DNA from: Octopus sinensis | Taxonomy: Eukaryota | NCBI RefSeq assembly: GCF_006345805.1 | Contig: NW_021825305.1 | Coordinates: 1 to 16,077 of the forward strand | DNA length: 16,077 bases | Direction of reading: 5' to 3' | Shown: positions 1-9,639 of the stretch, piece after piece | How positions within the stretch are numbered: position 1 is the stretch's first letter | Layout: each line of letters starts with the position of its first letter | The notes under the pieces: generated by a model | Databases searched by the model: none | Seen by the model: the letters and a program-made list of their open reading frames with translations, nothing else | What the model was told of the DNA's origin: nothing | Position numbers and translations under genes: made by a program

Positions 1-41
<41 letters not shown>

Positions 42-233
42 AAGAAATATAATAAAAGAGGCAAAAAAACTAGAGAATCAGTATACACCACATGCAAAAT
101 TACGAAGTGAAAATATTTGAAAACATATATAAGAAAAGGGGGAGAAAAATGCCTTCCCTTCACATTGTTTTAAAATCTTTTTATAATATATATATATATT
201 TATATTATGGTAAAAGTCTCATAAAATGTAGTG

Positions 234-279
234 ATATCCAACCGGTTTTCGCTACTTAAATTAGCGTTCCAAGGGACAT
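234..279 (-). ncRNA. Degenerate minimal type I hammerhead motif in the PLE 3' UTR
   Basis: Minus strand: ATGTCC-cttggaac-GCTA atttaag TAGC-GAAA-ACCGGT-T-GGATAT. Stem I, stem II, GAAA and a palindromic stem III are present, but the CUGANGA box is corrupted. Confidence 0.55.
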
Positions 280-769
280 TGTGAAGTAATAATTCCTTGA
301 AACAAAGAATCACACCATTTGGGATTTTTTGAGAAATAAAAATGAATAGAGAGAGTGGATAAAGGGAGGCAACAGGTAGCAAGGAGGACAACTACCTCCT
401 CAGCATTATTGAATAGTGGTAAATAAATTTGATTTTGAAATCGCAATTTTTGTATTAATACAATTAGTATAAAGTGTTAGATCTAGAATTCATATTTTAG
501 TAAGTCAAGTATAATATGAGAGGTAATTTCCACAGGAAATGTGAAAAAGTAATAATTGCAAATTTGAATAATTGTGAAATAGAAAATTTAAATTGTAATT
601 GAAATGTACAAAAAGTCCATTTCACTTGATAATATATTCAACTGTACATTTGTGTGTAATTTATAATACAAGTTCCACATTTTGTCAACATTGAATTATT
701 GTAGACAAAAGAAAAAAATCCTTGGTTAATATAATATAATATAAATTAAATAGGGCGAAGAAATATGTA

Positions 770-1260
770 AATTGAGTGAAAGTGTTACATTTCAGGTTCA
801 CATTTTTATTTTTTATCTTTATTTTTATTTTTAATGAATGTGCAGGAATCAGGTGGTCAAGTTTGTATATTAAGGTGTGTCTGTACTTTTGTATAAACAT
901 GTTTTCTTTGTTTAGGCATCCTTGTAAGGAGATTGAATATTTGCATTGGTATAATGGGAAAATCTGGAAATTCGGTGTTTTATTTCTTGCGCATCTGTCA
1001 ATATGTTCGCTCAGAGCTATCTACTTGTACTGAGGAAAACGAATCTGTTCTTTATGCAACGTAACTCTGCGTCTTAAAGTAAGGCTCGTTGGGCCCACAT
1101 AATTGTGGCCACAACCTGAACAGTTTAGGATATAAATTAGGTTCTGAGAAGCGTGAAGTTGGTTTTAATTGAAAAACATTTTCCTTACTGGAATCTGAAT
1201 TGCGAGCCTTCACTTATATTTGGGCATGTACCACAATTAGGTCGTCCGCATTTTTTAACT
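770..1260 (-). pseudogene. GIY-YIG endonuclease of the Penelope element, disrupted
   Basis: CGRPNCGTCP followed, after a frameshift, by SQNLIYILNCSGCGHNYVGPTSLTLRRRVTLHKEQIRFPQYK*IALSEHIDRC...KENMFIQKY. This shows the LIY/YVG motif, the conserved R and H, and a C-terminal E. Confidence 0.9.
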
Positions 1261-1399
1261 GTTGGTATGGTATGTGTTGAGTACAGTTTTGCATTTGTTA
1301 GGAATCTCTTAAGCGATTTGCGTTGTCTTTTGCACTTGAAGGGTTTATGTGTATTCCGAATGTTGTTCATTTTCAGGTCTTGAGTGAGAAAAGGGATAT

Positions 1400-2878
1400 T
1401 TTGTACACATGTGTTGTATGCTTCATTGTTTCTGGGGTTATGGGTTGATATGTATGGGGGTGATTTAAAATGAGGTATGGTGTTTTATTTTGTTGTCCTT
1501 AGAGTATTTGTGTCCAGTTTTTTTGGCATGTTTAATTCCATGGTCTATAAGTGCGGTTGGGTATTAATGTTCAGTGAGTGTTTTTTGAGGTCTTGTAGGC
1601 GAAGTTCCCGAGTGGTTGTATCAGATACAATTGAACAATTGTATCTGATACAACATTTTTTGATAGATTAAATCTGCAATTGTATCTGATATACCCATTT
1701 TTGCTAGATCCTTTTGCTAGATTGAATGGGATATTTATTTTTGTGAGTTTAGGATGGCATGAACTGAAAAAGAGTTACTGTTTTGAGTCTGTTGGTTTGT
1801 GGCAGATGTCGGTTGCAATTTGGTTGTTGGATTTTTTAAAATCAAAATGTCCTGAATTGGGAGCTTTTCATTCCATTATAAATTAAATATTGGAGGTTAT
1901 GTTGTTTATTGTAAATTTGAAATCCAGAATTTTATCATATGTTTCATTCCTGATGATAAAACAGTCGTCTAGGTACCTTTTCCAATTTTCTCTTATATAC
2001 TGGTGGAATGGGGATCCAAATCTTTGGAGCGAAAATTCATAGATTCAAAGAAATCCATTATTAGGTTCTCAAGGACAGGCGCGGCTTTTGTTCCCATCGC
2101 AATACCGCATTTTTGGCGGTAGTATGTTTCATCAAACAGGAATTAATTGTTTTGTAGGATGAACTTCAGAGATTCAAAGACAAAAGTCTGGTCTATGCGG
2201 TCCGGGAGACCTTCGGGGTATTTTTCTAACCAGAATTTTATTGCCTCTATTCCGTAGTCATGTAGAATGTTGGGGTAGAGGTTGATGACATCGAAGGAAA
2301 CTAATAGTGTTTCTTCGTTGTTGGTTTTTGGTAGATGTTCTTGTATATCCAGATCGTCTCTAATGAAACTTTTAATGTATCTGAGGAAAAGTGCAGAAAA
2401 TTGCTTAGGTGGTGTTTTTCACAGGCTGGGGACGCTATAATCGGCCTTAATTTTAAGTTTTCTGGTGTTGAGATATTTATGTATAAACCTCGATTTGATT
2501 TACAGGCATTGGCAATAATCTTACTCTTCCGGATTCGGGGGAGGCCATAGAAAAGGCTTGGTTTGCTTTTAAACTTTGTGATATAAACTTTTCTTTTTCT
2601 ATGAGACCTTTTTCATGTTTGAGTATTAAAGATGCAAGACCTTTTAATGTTTTTTGCTGCCTATAATTTGCAACTTTTTCATAAAAGGAGTCATTTTATA
2701 ATATGGGTAATGCTAGGTTTTTTTTATTATTCTGTGTCCATCAGGAACACAGCACTACCTTTCTCTGCTTCTTTGATTATCAGGTCTTTGTCGTTTTTTA
2801 GTCGAAGTAGGTGTTACCATTGTAGATTATTGAAGTTTGGTACAATGTTTGGTTTATAGAAAGTGTGAACAGGCAAAT
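1400..2878 (-). pseudogene. Penelope-type reverse transcriptase, broken by stops and frameshifts
   Basis: RT motifs SFDVxNLY (~2275-2300), QxxGxAMG/AP (~2065-2120) and YLDD (1964-1975). In-frame stops (e.g. ILQNN*) and frameshifts lie between them. Boundaries are approximate. Confidence 0.92.
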
Positions 2879-2881
2879 GGT

Positions 2882-3154
2882 TCTGAGCGAACGTATTGAC
2901 AGATGCGCAAGAAGTAAAACACCATATTTTTCCATTATATCAATGCAATGATTCAATCTCCTTACAAGAACGGCTAAACAAGGAAAACTTTTTCGTACAA
3001 AAGTACAGACACACCTTAATATACAAACTTGACCACTTGATCCCTACACAATCCTTAAAAATAAAAATAAGAATAAAAAATATAAATGTGAACCTGAAGT
3101 GAACACTTTCACTAAATTTACATATTTCTTTGTTTTATTTAATTTACATTATAT
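2882..3154 (+). repeat. Inverted copy of 735-1015 (pseudo-LTR-like segment) joined to the truncated 5' end of the PLE
   Basis: TCTGAGCGAAC...TATTTAATTTACATTATA aligns by eye with the reverse complement of 735-1015. It is highly similar, with scattered substitutions and one small deletion. ORFs 685..900(-) and 2896..3102(+) share QKYRHTLIYKLDHLIP. Confidence 0.95.
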
Positions 3155-3182
3155 AAAAGCAAAAGTCAAGCATAAAATAATA

Positions 3183-3441
3183 ATACTCTTTATTCCCTTT
3201 ACTCTTTTACTTGTTTCAGTCATTTGACTGCGGCCATGCTGGAGCACCGCCTTCAGTCGATCAAATCGACCCCAGGACTTATTCTTTGTATGCCTGGTAC
3301 TTATTCTATCGGTCTCTTTTGCCGAACCGCTAAGTTACAGGGACGTAAACACACCATCATCAGTTGTCAAGCGATGTAGAGGAGACAAATACAGACATAC
3401 AAATACACACACACACACACACACACCACACACACACACAC

Positions 3442-3505
<64 letters not shown>

Positions 3506-3655
3506 AACGACGGGCTTCTTTCAGTTTCCGTCTATCAAATCCACTCACAAAGGTTTGGTCGGCCCGAGGCTATAGTAGAAGACACTTGCCCAAGGTGCCA
3601 CGCAGTAGGACTGAACCCGGAACCATGTGGTTTGTAAGCAAACTACCACTCCATA
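3183..3655 (-). mobile_element. tRNA-derived SINE (family B) with an internal (TA)n/(TG)n tract and an AAAGAGTA-type tail
   Basis: Minus strand: head with B-box-like GGTTCAGTCC and CCTTGGGCAAGTG, an internal microsatellite (3405-3502), then a 3' part and tail. The halves recur at 9460-9598 and 7450-7605. Confidence 0.8.
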
Positions 3656-3680
3656 ATAATAATAATATAATAATAATAAT

Positions 3681-3711
<31 letters not shown>

Positions 3712-4035
3712 CAGTGATGATGATAACGACGACGACGACGATGATGATAATAACGATAATGATGACGATAATGACAACGACAACAACGACAATGATGATG
3801 ATGATGATGACGATGATGACGATGATGACGATGATGACGATAATGATGATGATGACGATGAGGATGATGACGACGATGATGACAATGATGATGATGATGA
3901 CGATGATGACGATGATGATGATGACGACGATGATGACAACGACGGCGATGATGATGATGATGATGACGACGACGATGCTGATGACGCTGATGACGATAAT
4001 GATGAGGACGAGGATGACGACGGTGATAATGAAGA
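3655..4035. repeat. (AAT)n grading into a degenerate (GAT/GAC/AAY)n trinucleotide tract
   Basis: Directly visible. It generates the poly-I/V, poly-S and poly-M/T ORFs in the track. Confidence 0.95.
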
Positions 4036-4229
4036 TATTAGTACTGAACACCCATAGGTATATAAATCTTACGAGCCTTTCTTTCTTCCTTATATTTTCT
4101 TTTATAGATTCCTGAATTATTGTCGTCGTTGTTTTATTGTCATTTTTATCTTTATCTTTTTTAATATTTTCATCTTTTCAGTGTCCACTTCCAAGATCAT
4201 ATGATAACTTTTATAGCCTTGCCAATACA

Positions 4230-4700
4230 GACGCATTTGAAAGCATGTGTGCGTGTGTGTAAATATATACACATATATCTGTGGGTGTATATATGCATAT
4301 GTACTTATGTGTTCCTCTATTTACATAATATCGAGGTCTCTTTCTTTCTTTTGTTATCTTACTGTATTTATTAATATATATATATATGGGTGTGTGCGCG
4401 CGCGTGTATACGTATATACATAAATATATGCACATACATATTATATTATACGTATATACATGCATACATACGTACTTATATATTGTACATATAATATACA
4501 TCTATACATATGTGTGTGTGTATACATATATATATTATAAAAATACACAGTTTTTATATGTATACATGTTTCTTCTATATTATATATATATAATTATATA
4601 TTGTGTATGTGTGTGCAGGCGTGTGTAAGGGGTGTGTGAGTGTGTGTGTGTATACATATTTACACAAATATACATACATATAACGTATGTGTGTATATTT
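4230..4700. repeat. Degenerate (AT)/(GT)/(AC) low-complexity tract
   Basis: Directly visible. Confidence 0.9.
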
Positions 4701-5236
4701 GAAATATTCATAAAACTTGGAGTTGGTCACAATGGAAGGAAGAAAATATTAATATATTAAAAAAAACGTAAATCAACAACAATAATTGAGAAATATATAA
4801 AATACGAGAGAAATAAGAAATAAGAAATATATGATAGATATAGCGAATATGATTTATATGGCTGTGTGTTGTTAGCCTAAACAAACAGAGAGTTGTAAAG
4901 AAGAATCTAATAGAAGAGGAACGGTTAAGCCACTTAAAAGTGGTGTAGAGAAAAGGCGTCGCAAACGGCAAGCCATGGGGGAGAATGCTTCTCGGTCACT
5001 TCTTCGCTGTGATATACGAAGAGTGTCTTGTTAAATCGTGGTTTTGTGCTTTGAAACAAAAAGGCCCTAAAACGGTCTGTTGGTCCCGAGTAGCAGCAGT
5101 GCTGCGCAACATCAAAGCTAGAATTTGTGAATATGGGGTACTGCTGTGAGCGGTTGCTATCGGAAAGGGAAAGCTGAAGAATTTACTTTGTTCCGAGCTA
5201 TTGTGTGGGATGCAGATTACCAGAAATCTCTTCTAT

Positions 5237-5258
5237 CACACACACACATACACACACA

Positions 5259-5342
<84 letters not shown>
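5237..5342. repeat. (CA)n(TA)n microsatellite
   Basis: Directly visible. Confidence 0.97.
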
Positions 5343-5343
<1 letters not shown>

Positions 5344-5472
5344 ACGCGAAGCTTTATGAAAATAGACAAAAGACGAAGGCAGGTTTACGGAAATAAACAA
5401 AAGACGAAGGCAGGTGGAATACAAACAAACAATTGTATTAGTATGGCGCTCAGGAAATATAAATGAAACAAG

Positions 5473-5510
5473 TCTTTAACGTTTCGAGCCTACGCTCTTC
5501 AACAGAAAGA
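5473..5510 (-). ncRNA. Minimal type I hammerhead motif with an A6U variant core, in a short PLE-like 3' fragment (~5344-5560)
   Basis: Minus strand: TCTTT-CTGTTGA-a-GAGC gtag GCTC-GAAA-CG-T-T-AAAGA. Stem I is 5 bp, stem II is 4 bp, and the palindromic AACGTT forms stem III. Confidence 0.7.
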
Positions 5511-5579
5511 TACACAGAGAAAAAAAACACAGAAAGAAGGAGAGAAAAAAATATGCATGCATATATATATATATATATA

Positions 5580-5796
5580 TTTCTTTACTACCCACAAGGG
5601 GCTAAACACAGAGGGGACAAACAAGGACAGACAAACGGATTAAGTCGATTACATCGACTCCAGTGCGTAACTGGTACTTAATTTATCGACCTCGAAAGGA
5701 TGAAAGGCAAAGTCGACCTCGGCGGAATTTGAACTCAGAACGTAACGGCTACGCATTTCGCCCGGCATGCTAACGTTTCTGCTAGCTCACCGCCTT
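5580..5796 (-). mobile_element. tRNA-derived SINE (family A, MetaSINE-like central domain)
   Basis: Minus strand: A-box-like AGCTAGCAGAAACGTTAGC, B-box GAGTTCAAATTCC (5724-5736), then TCGACTTTGCCTTTCATCCTTTCGAGGTCGATAAA...AAGTACC, resembling the Meta/Sauria SINE domain as I recall it. Near-identical to 7977-8190. Confidence 0.88.
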
Positions 5797-5938
<142 letters not shown>

Positions 5939-6339
5939 GACCACTGTGTATGTGTGCATTCGCTTTTCACGCGAAAACGGCTGCGCGAATTGCTTCCATA
6001 CTTGGGATACATGAATAATTTGACCTCGGATGCATAGTAGGGTCTTCATCTTATGTTTTTATTAAAGGTAAATAGTATTACTTTATATATATTATTCACT
6101 TCTTTAAAAAAAAGTTTCTCAATATCATCTTCCGGTATTGACGTAGCAACGACGAAATTTTCCGTTTTCATTTACAACATCTCTCACGTTCTGTTTTAAT
6201 GTTTTCATTCCAAGTTTGCAAACAACTACAATAAATTACTAAAAGAAATATTTCCTACGTTCACAAATTTAAATATTCGGTACAAGAGCTTTTATTTATA
6301 CGATTTTTTCATTTCATCTTTATTTGATTCACTGTTTTC

Positions 6340-6800
6340 TATGTTCTCTCTCCACTTCTTTCTCTCCACACATGCACACGTGTGTTTTTGTATGTACGTT
6401 TGTATATATTTATGTATATTTGTGTGTTTTTGAGAGACAGACAGACAGACGGAGAGTCAGTTGAGGCGTGTGTTGTCATGTATACGTACATACATAAATA
6501 AATATGCATGCATCGTTTTTGTATGCATGTGTGTGTATGTGAGTGTGAGACAGAGAGAGAGAGAGAAAGAGAGAGAGAGTGATGTCTAAATAGTACTCCC
6601 TCTCTCCCTCTCTCTCTCTCACACACAGACATACATACAAAAAATATGTTTGCATATTTATTTATGCATGTACGTATACATGACAACACACCCCTTCTCT
6701 TTCTCTCACACACGTCCATTTCATCTGTTGTTTAATATTGTACGTATGAGTCTGTGTGTGTATGTGTGTGTGTTTGTGTGTGTATGCGTGTGTGCGTGCG
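6340..6800. repeat. Mixed degenerate (GT)/(GA)/(CT)/(CA) microsatellite region
   Basis: Directly visible. Confidence 0.85.
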
Positions 6801-6964
6801 AGGGAGCACGTGTGTGCATGGAGCGTTCCACAATCGCCATTTATTTCAATCACTCTTGTGAAGATATTCACGTAACTAATTTTTTCATTTAATCCCCTTT
6901 TTAATTTTCGTAAAAGTTTCCGAGGACAATGTTCTCCCTCTCTGCAAGTGGAGTCGGGGTAGAT

Positions 6965-7210
6965 GTCGATGATCGGTATTCTACAGTGAAGCAGTCAGCC
7001 AGAGTCAATGCTGGATTCTGCAACTATGTTAACTCTTTTAAGTATGTTTGCAAATATATAAACAAAGGTTTAGTCGCTGCAACATACACTCTTATGCAGA
7101 ATGGCAATCAGCAGATAAATAAAACTGACGAGTATGACAGAGGAAGACAGTATGACAGAGGAAGACACACCAAGGCCAATGGGGATTTTTGGAGCAGCTT
7201 CAAATGGTAA
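6965..7210 (+). pseudogene. Helitron Rep/helicase fragment
   Basis: VDDR...VNAGFCNYVNSFKYVCKYINKG...DEYDRGR...FW matches the Helitron Rep pattern INVExCxSVKSIKYxxKYxxKG...DE...GRY....WR (from family knowledge, not a search). There is an in-frame 18-nt tandem duplication at 7131-7166. Confidence 0.72.
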
Positions 7211-7324
7211 AAAATAGGGATTTTCATAGAAAAAAAGCACCTTTTTGATGTAAATAATTTTTGGTGTTAACATGGTCCGATTTGAATTTTATCTTTTAAG
7301 GAAGAGCAAGCCTTCTTCTATCAT

Positions 7325-7435
7325 ACTCTCAATTTTGATCAACTTGCGCCGCAGGGTCTCGGAGGAGATAGTGTTAGTTGAAGGCTACCAAACCTGCCAC
7401 ACACAGACAACTTCAGCTTATATATAGATATATAT
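7325..7435 (+). mobile_element. Possible Helitron-type terminal segment
   Basis: CAATTTTGATCAA...GGTCTCGGAGGAGATAG...ACACACAGACAACTTCAGCTTATATATAGAT resembles the ends of invertebrate non-autonomous Helitrons and lies just downstream of the Rep fragment. Confidence 0.35.
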
Positions 7436-7449
7436 ATATATATATATAA

Positions 7450-7605
7450 TCTTTGATTTGTTTCACTTAATCCATTAGACAGCGGGCATGCTGGGGCGTT
7501 GTATTGAACAATTTTTAATGACTGGTACATATTCTATCGGCCACTTTTCCCAAACCACTAAGTGACGGGCAAGTAAACAAACCAACACCGGCTGTGAAGC
7601 AGTGG
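7450..7605 (-). mobile_element. SINE family B, 3' half, diverged
   Basis: Aligns by eye with 3205-3375 (GCCATGCTGG, TTCTATCGG, CTAAGT, GTAAACA). Confidence 0.75.
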
Positions 7606-7936
7606 TGGTGGTGGTGGTGGTGGTGGTGGAGAGCAAAATCACGTGCGCGCGCACATACACATATAAGTATATACAGAGATCTTTGTCTGTCAGGATAAGC
7701 TAGGATTTTCAGAAAACGAGATCCTCTGACTCATGCTTTACGAATACAATCCGTAAAGCGGAACAGTAAAGTTATGCAAGATTTTTCTCGGGTTTTAAAG
7801 CTTGACATTGTTTTCGTTATCAACATTTCAACGATGGAGCTTTGCATCTTTGTTAAAAACCGTCTCCTTCTTCAGATGAAGAATTCAAATAATTAAAAAC
7901 AGAAAAGAACATACATACATACATACATACATACAT

Positions 7937-7973
<37 letters not shown>

Positions 7974-7976
7974 TAC

Positions 7977-8190
7977 ATTTCTTTACTACCCACAAGGGGC
8001 TAAACATAGAGGGGACAAACAAGGACAGACAAAGGGATTAAGTCGTGAATCTGGTACTTTATTTATCGACCCCGAAAGGATGAAAGGCAAAGTCGACCTC
8101 GGCGGAATTTGAACTCGGAACGTAACGACAGACGAAATACGGCTACGCATTTCGCCCGGCGTGCTAACGTTTCTGCCAGCTCGCCGCCTT
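7977..8190 (-). mobile_element. tRNA-derived SINE family A
   Basis: Near-identical to 5580-5796 with different small deletions. Flanked by (CATA)n/(CA)n on both sides. Confidence 0.9.
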
Positions 8191-8207
8191 CACACACACA
8201 TACATAC

Positions 8208-8238
<31 letters not shown>

Positions 8239-9229
8239 CATACACACACATACATACACACATACATGCATACGTATGAAATTATGCTGCGTAGGACATA
8301 CATATATACGTGTGAAAGCTTGTTGCGTAGGACAGTACAACTACGAGCGGATATATTGAGTGGATATATATATATATATATCATGTGTATATAAAAAAAC
8401 AAATATATATATACATACACACACACATACATACATGCAAATGTGTAGGCGTTTGTATACAGCTACCACAGATATATTAATAACTTTTATCATTTAGATG
8501 AATTCCAAATAACAAAACAAATGAATGTTTTTTGTGATTGGAACCGAATACCATTGGTCAATAAGCTAAATTAAGTTGCTGACGTCACCAGTCATTCTTT
8601 CAATCTGCTTAACCGATTTTCTCTTTCTCTTTCTCGCTTTCCTTCTCTCTTATTTTCTATGTTCCTTTGTTTATATTTGCTTACAAGACTCTACACAACA
8701 TTTACCAATAACAGTAAAACTTGTGTGTTAGATGAACTATCACGTTCGTAAAGACGGCCATCTTATCGTACATTGAACTTGGTTGAACAAGTTGCTTCTC
8801 ATGCCAAAACAAACGTCTGCATATGCAGCAAAGGCAATCAACAGCTTCTCTCCCCTCTCTTCGACTTTGAGCTGCCTTCTCTGTTTCTCTCCTGTTCGAT
8901 CCCTACTTCTTTAGCCTTGCTTCAGTATCGCACATCTGGCTATGTTAAGGGCATCCTCCCTGGATTCAAGATCAGAGCTCTTCATTTTTTAATCTTCTCC
9001 GACAATCTGACTTTAAGAAATCTTCTGGGGCTCACAAAGGTGAGTGGGCCTGGCAGATTTCTTTCGGTTTTTGCTGCAATGTGTCCAATGTTTCCTCGAG
9101 GGAAACAAACTTCGCTAGTTTTGTTCTTGATTTTTCTAGAAAGGTGTTTTGACGACAAATTAGCAATAATTTTTAGACATTTAGTTACTTAAGTCTTTCG
9201 CTCCCTATCGGCGGGTTCTCTCCACTCTC

Positions 9230-9282
9230 CTACATATATATACATACATATATATACATATCTATATATATATATATATATG

Positions 9283-9327
<45 letters not shown>

Positions 9328-9341
9328 ATATATATATATAT

Positions 9342-9376
<35 letters not shown>

Positions 9377-9455
9377 TACATATATATATATATATATATA
9401 TACATATATACATATATATATATGTGTGTGTGTGTATATGTGTATATGTATATAT
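9230..9455. repeat. (TA)n/(TAGA)n/(TG)n compound microsatellite
   Basis: Directly visible. It adjoins the family B SINE head, as at 3405-3502. Confidence 0.95.
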
Positions 9456-9459
9456 ACAT

Positions 9460-9598
9460 TTCTTTCAGTTTCCGTCAACCAAATACGCTCACAAGGCTTA
9501 AGGCTTAGGTCGGCCCGAGGCTATAGTGGAAGACACTTGGCCAAAGTGCCATGCAATGAGACTGGACCGAAACCACGTGATTGGGAAGCAAACTTCTT
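9460..9598 (-). mobile_element. SINE family B, 5' half
   Basis: Matches 3510-3645 (TTTCAGTTTCCGTC, GGTCGGCCCGAGGCTATAGT, GAAGACACTTG). Confidence 0.88.
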
Positions 9599-9639
9599 TA
9601 TTTCATTAAATTTGCCACAAGGGCAGCACACAGAGTAAG

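Larger units (their letters stand above)
205..2878 (-). mobile_element. Penelope-like retroelement, 5'-truncated and decayed (RT + GIY-YIG ORF, ~550-nt 3' UTR), ending next to (TA)n
   Basis: Manual minus-strand translation gives PLE motifs in the expected order: LKNDKDLIIKEAEKGSAV, LRPII, VSFDVINLY, YRQKCGIAMGTKAAPVLENLIM, WKRYLDDCFII (YLDD at 1964-1975), CGRPNCGTC linker, NLIYILNCSGCGHNYVGPT. The 3' boundary is approximate. Confidence 0.93.

Noticed and set aside
364-403. Minus-strand CTGAGGA followed by a GGTAG/CTACC stem in the PLE 3' UTR
   Set aside because: No GAAA box follows the stem and there is no stem I.
1030-2400. CTGAGGA/CTGATGA matches at 1030, 1950 and 2381 on the plus strand
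   Set aside because: They are antisense to PLE coding sequence, with no stem II or properly placed GAAA.
4920-5235. GC-richer island with partly open frames
   Set aside because: Probably a decayed transposon fragment, but no identifiable motif.
5715-5796. tRNA-like sequence (also 8097-8190 and 13497-13588)
   Set aside because: It has A/B boxes but no full cloverleaf and continues into a SINE body, so it is a SINE head rather than a tRNA gene.
6135-6166. CGGTATTGACGTAGCAACGACGAAATTTTCCG, vaguely hammerhead-like
   Set aside because: The first core box is broken and stem II is inconsistent.
7820-7880. Minus-strand CTGAAGA...GGAG/CTCC...GAAA
   Set aside because: There is a six-nt gap between the stem and GAAA, and no stem I pairing.
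8773-9192. 139-aa plus-strand ORF, and minus-strand frames faintly like a LINE ORF1
   Set aside because: It has a TTG start and no recognisable domain. The minus-strand frames have stops and no motif I can support.
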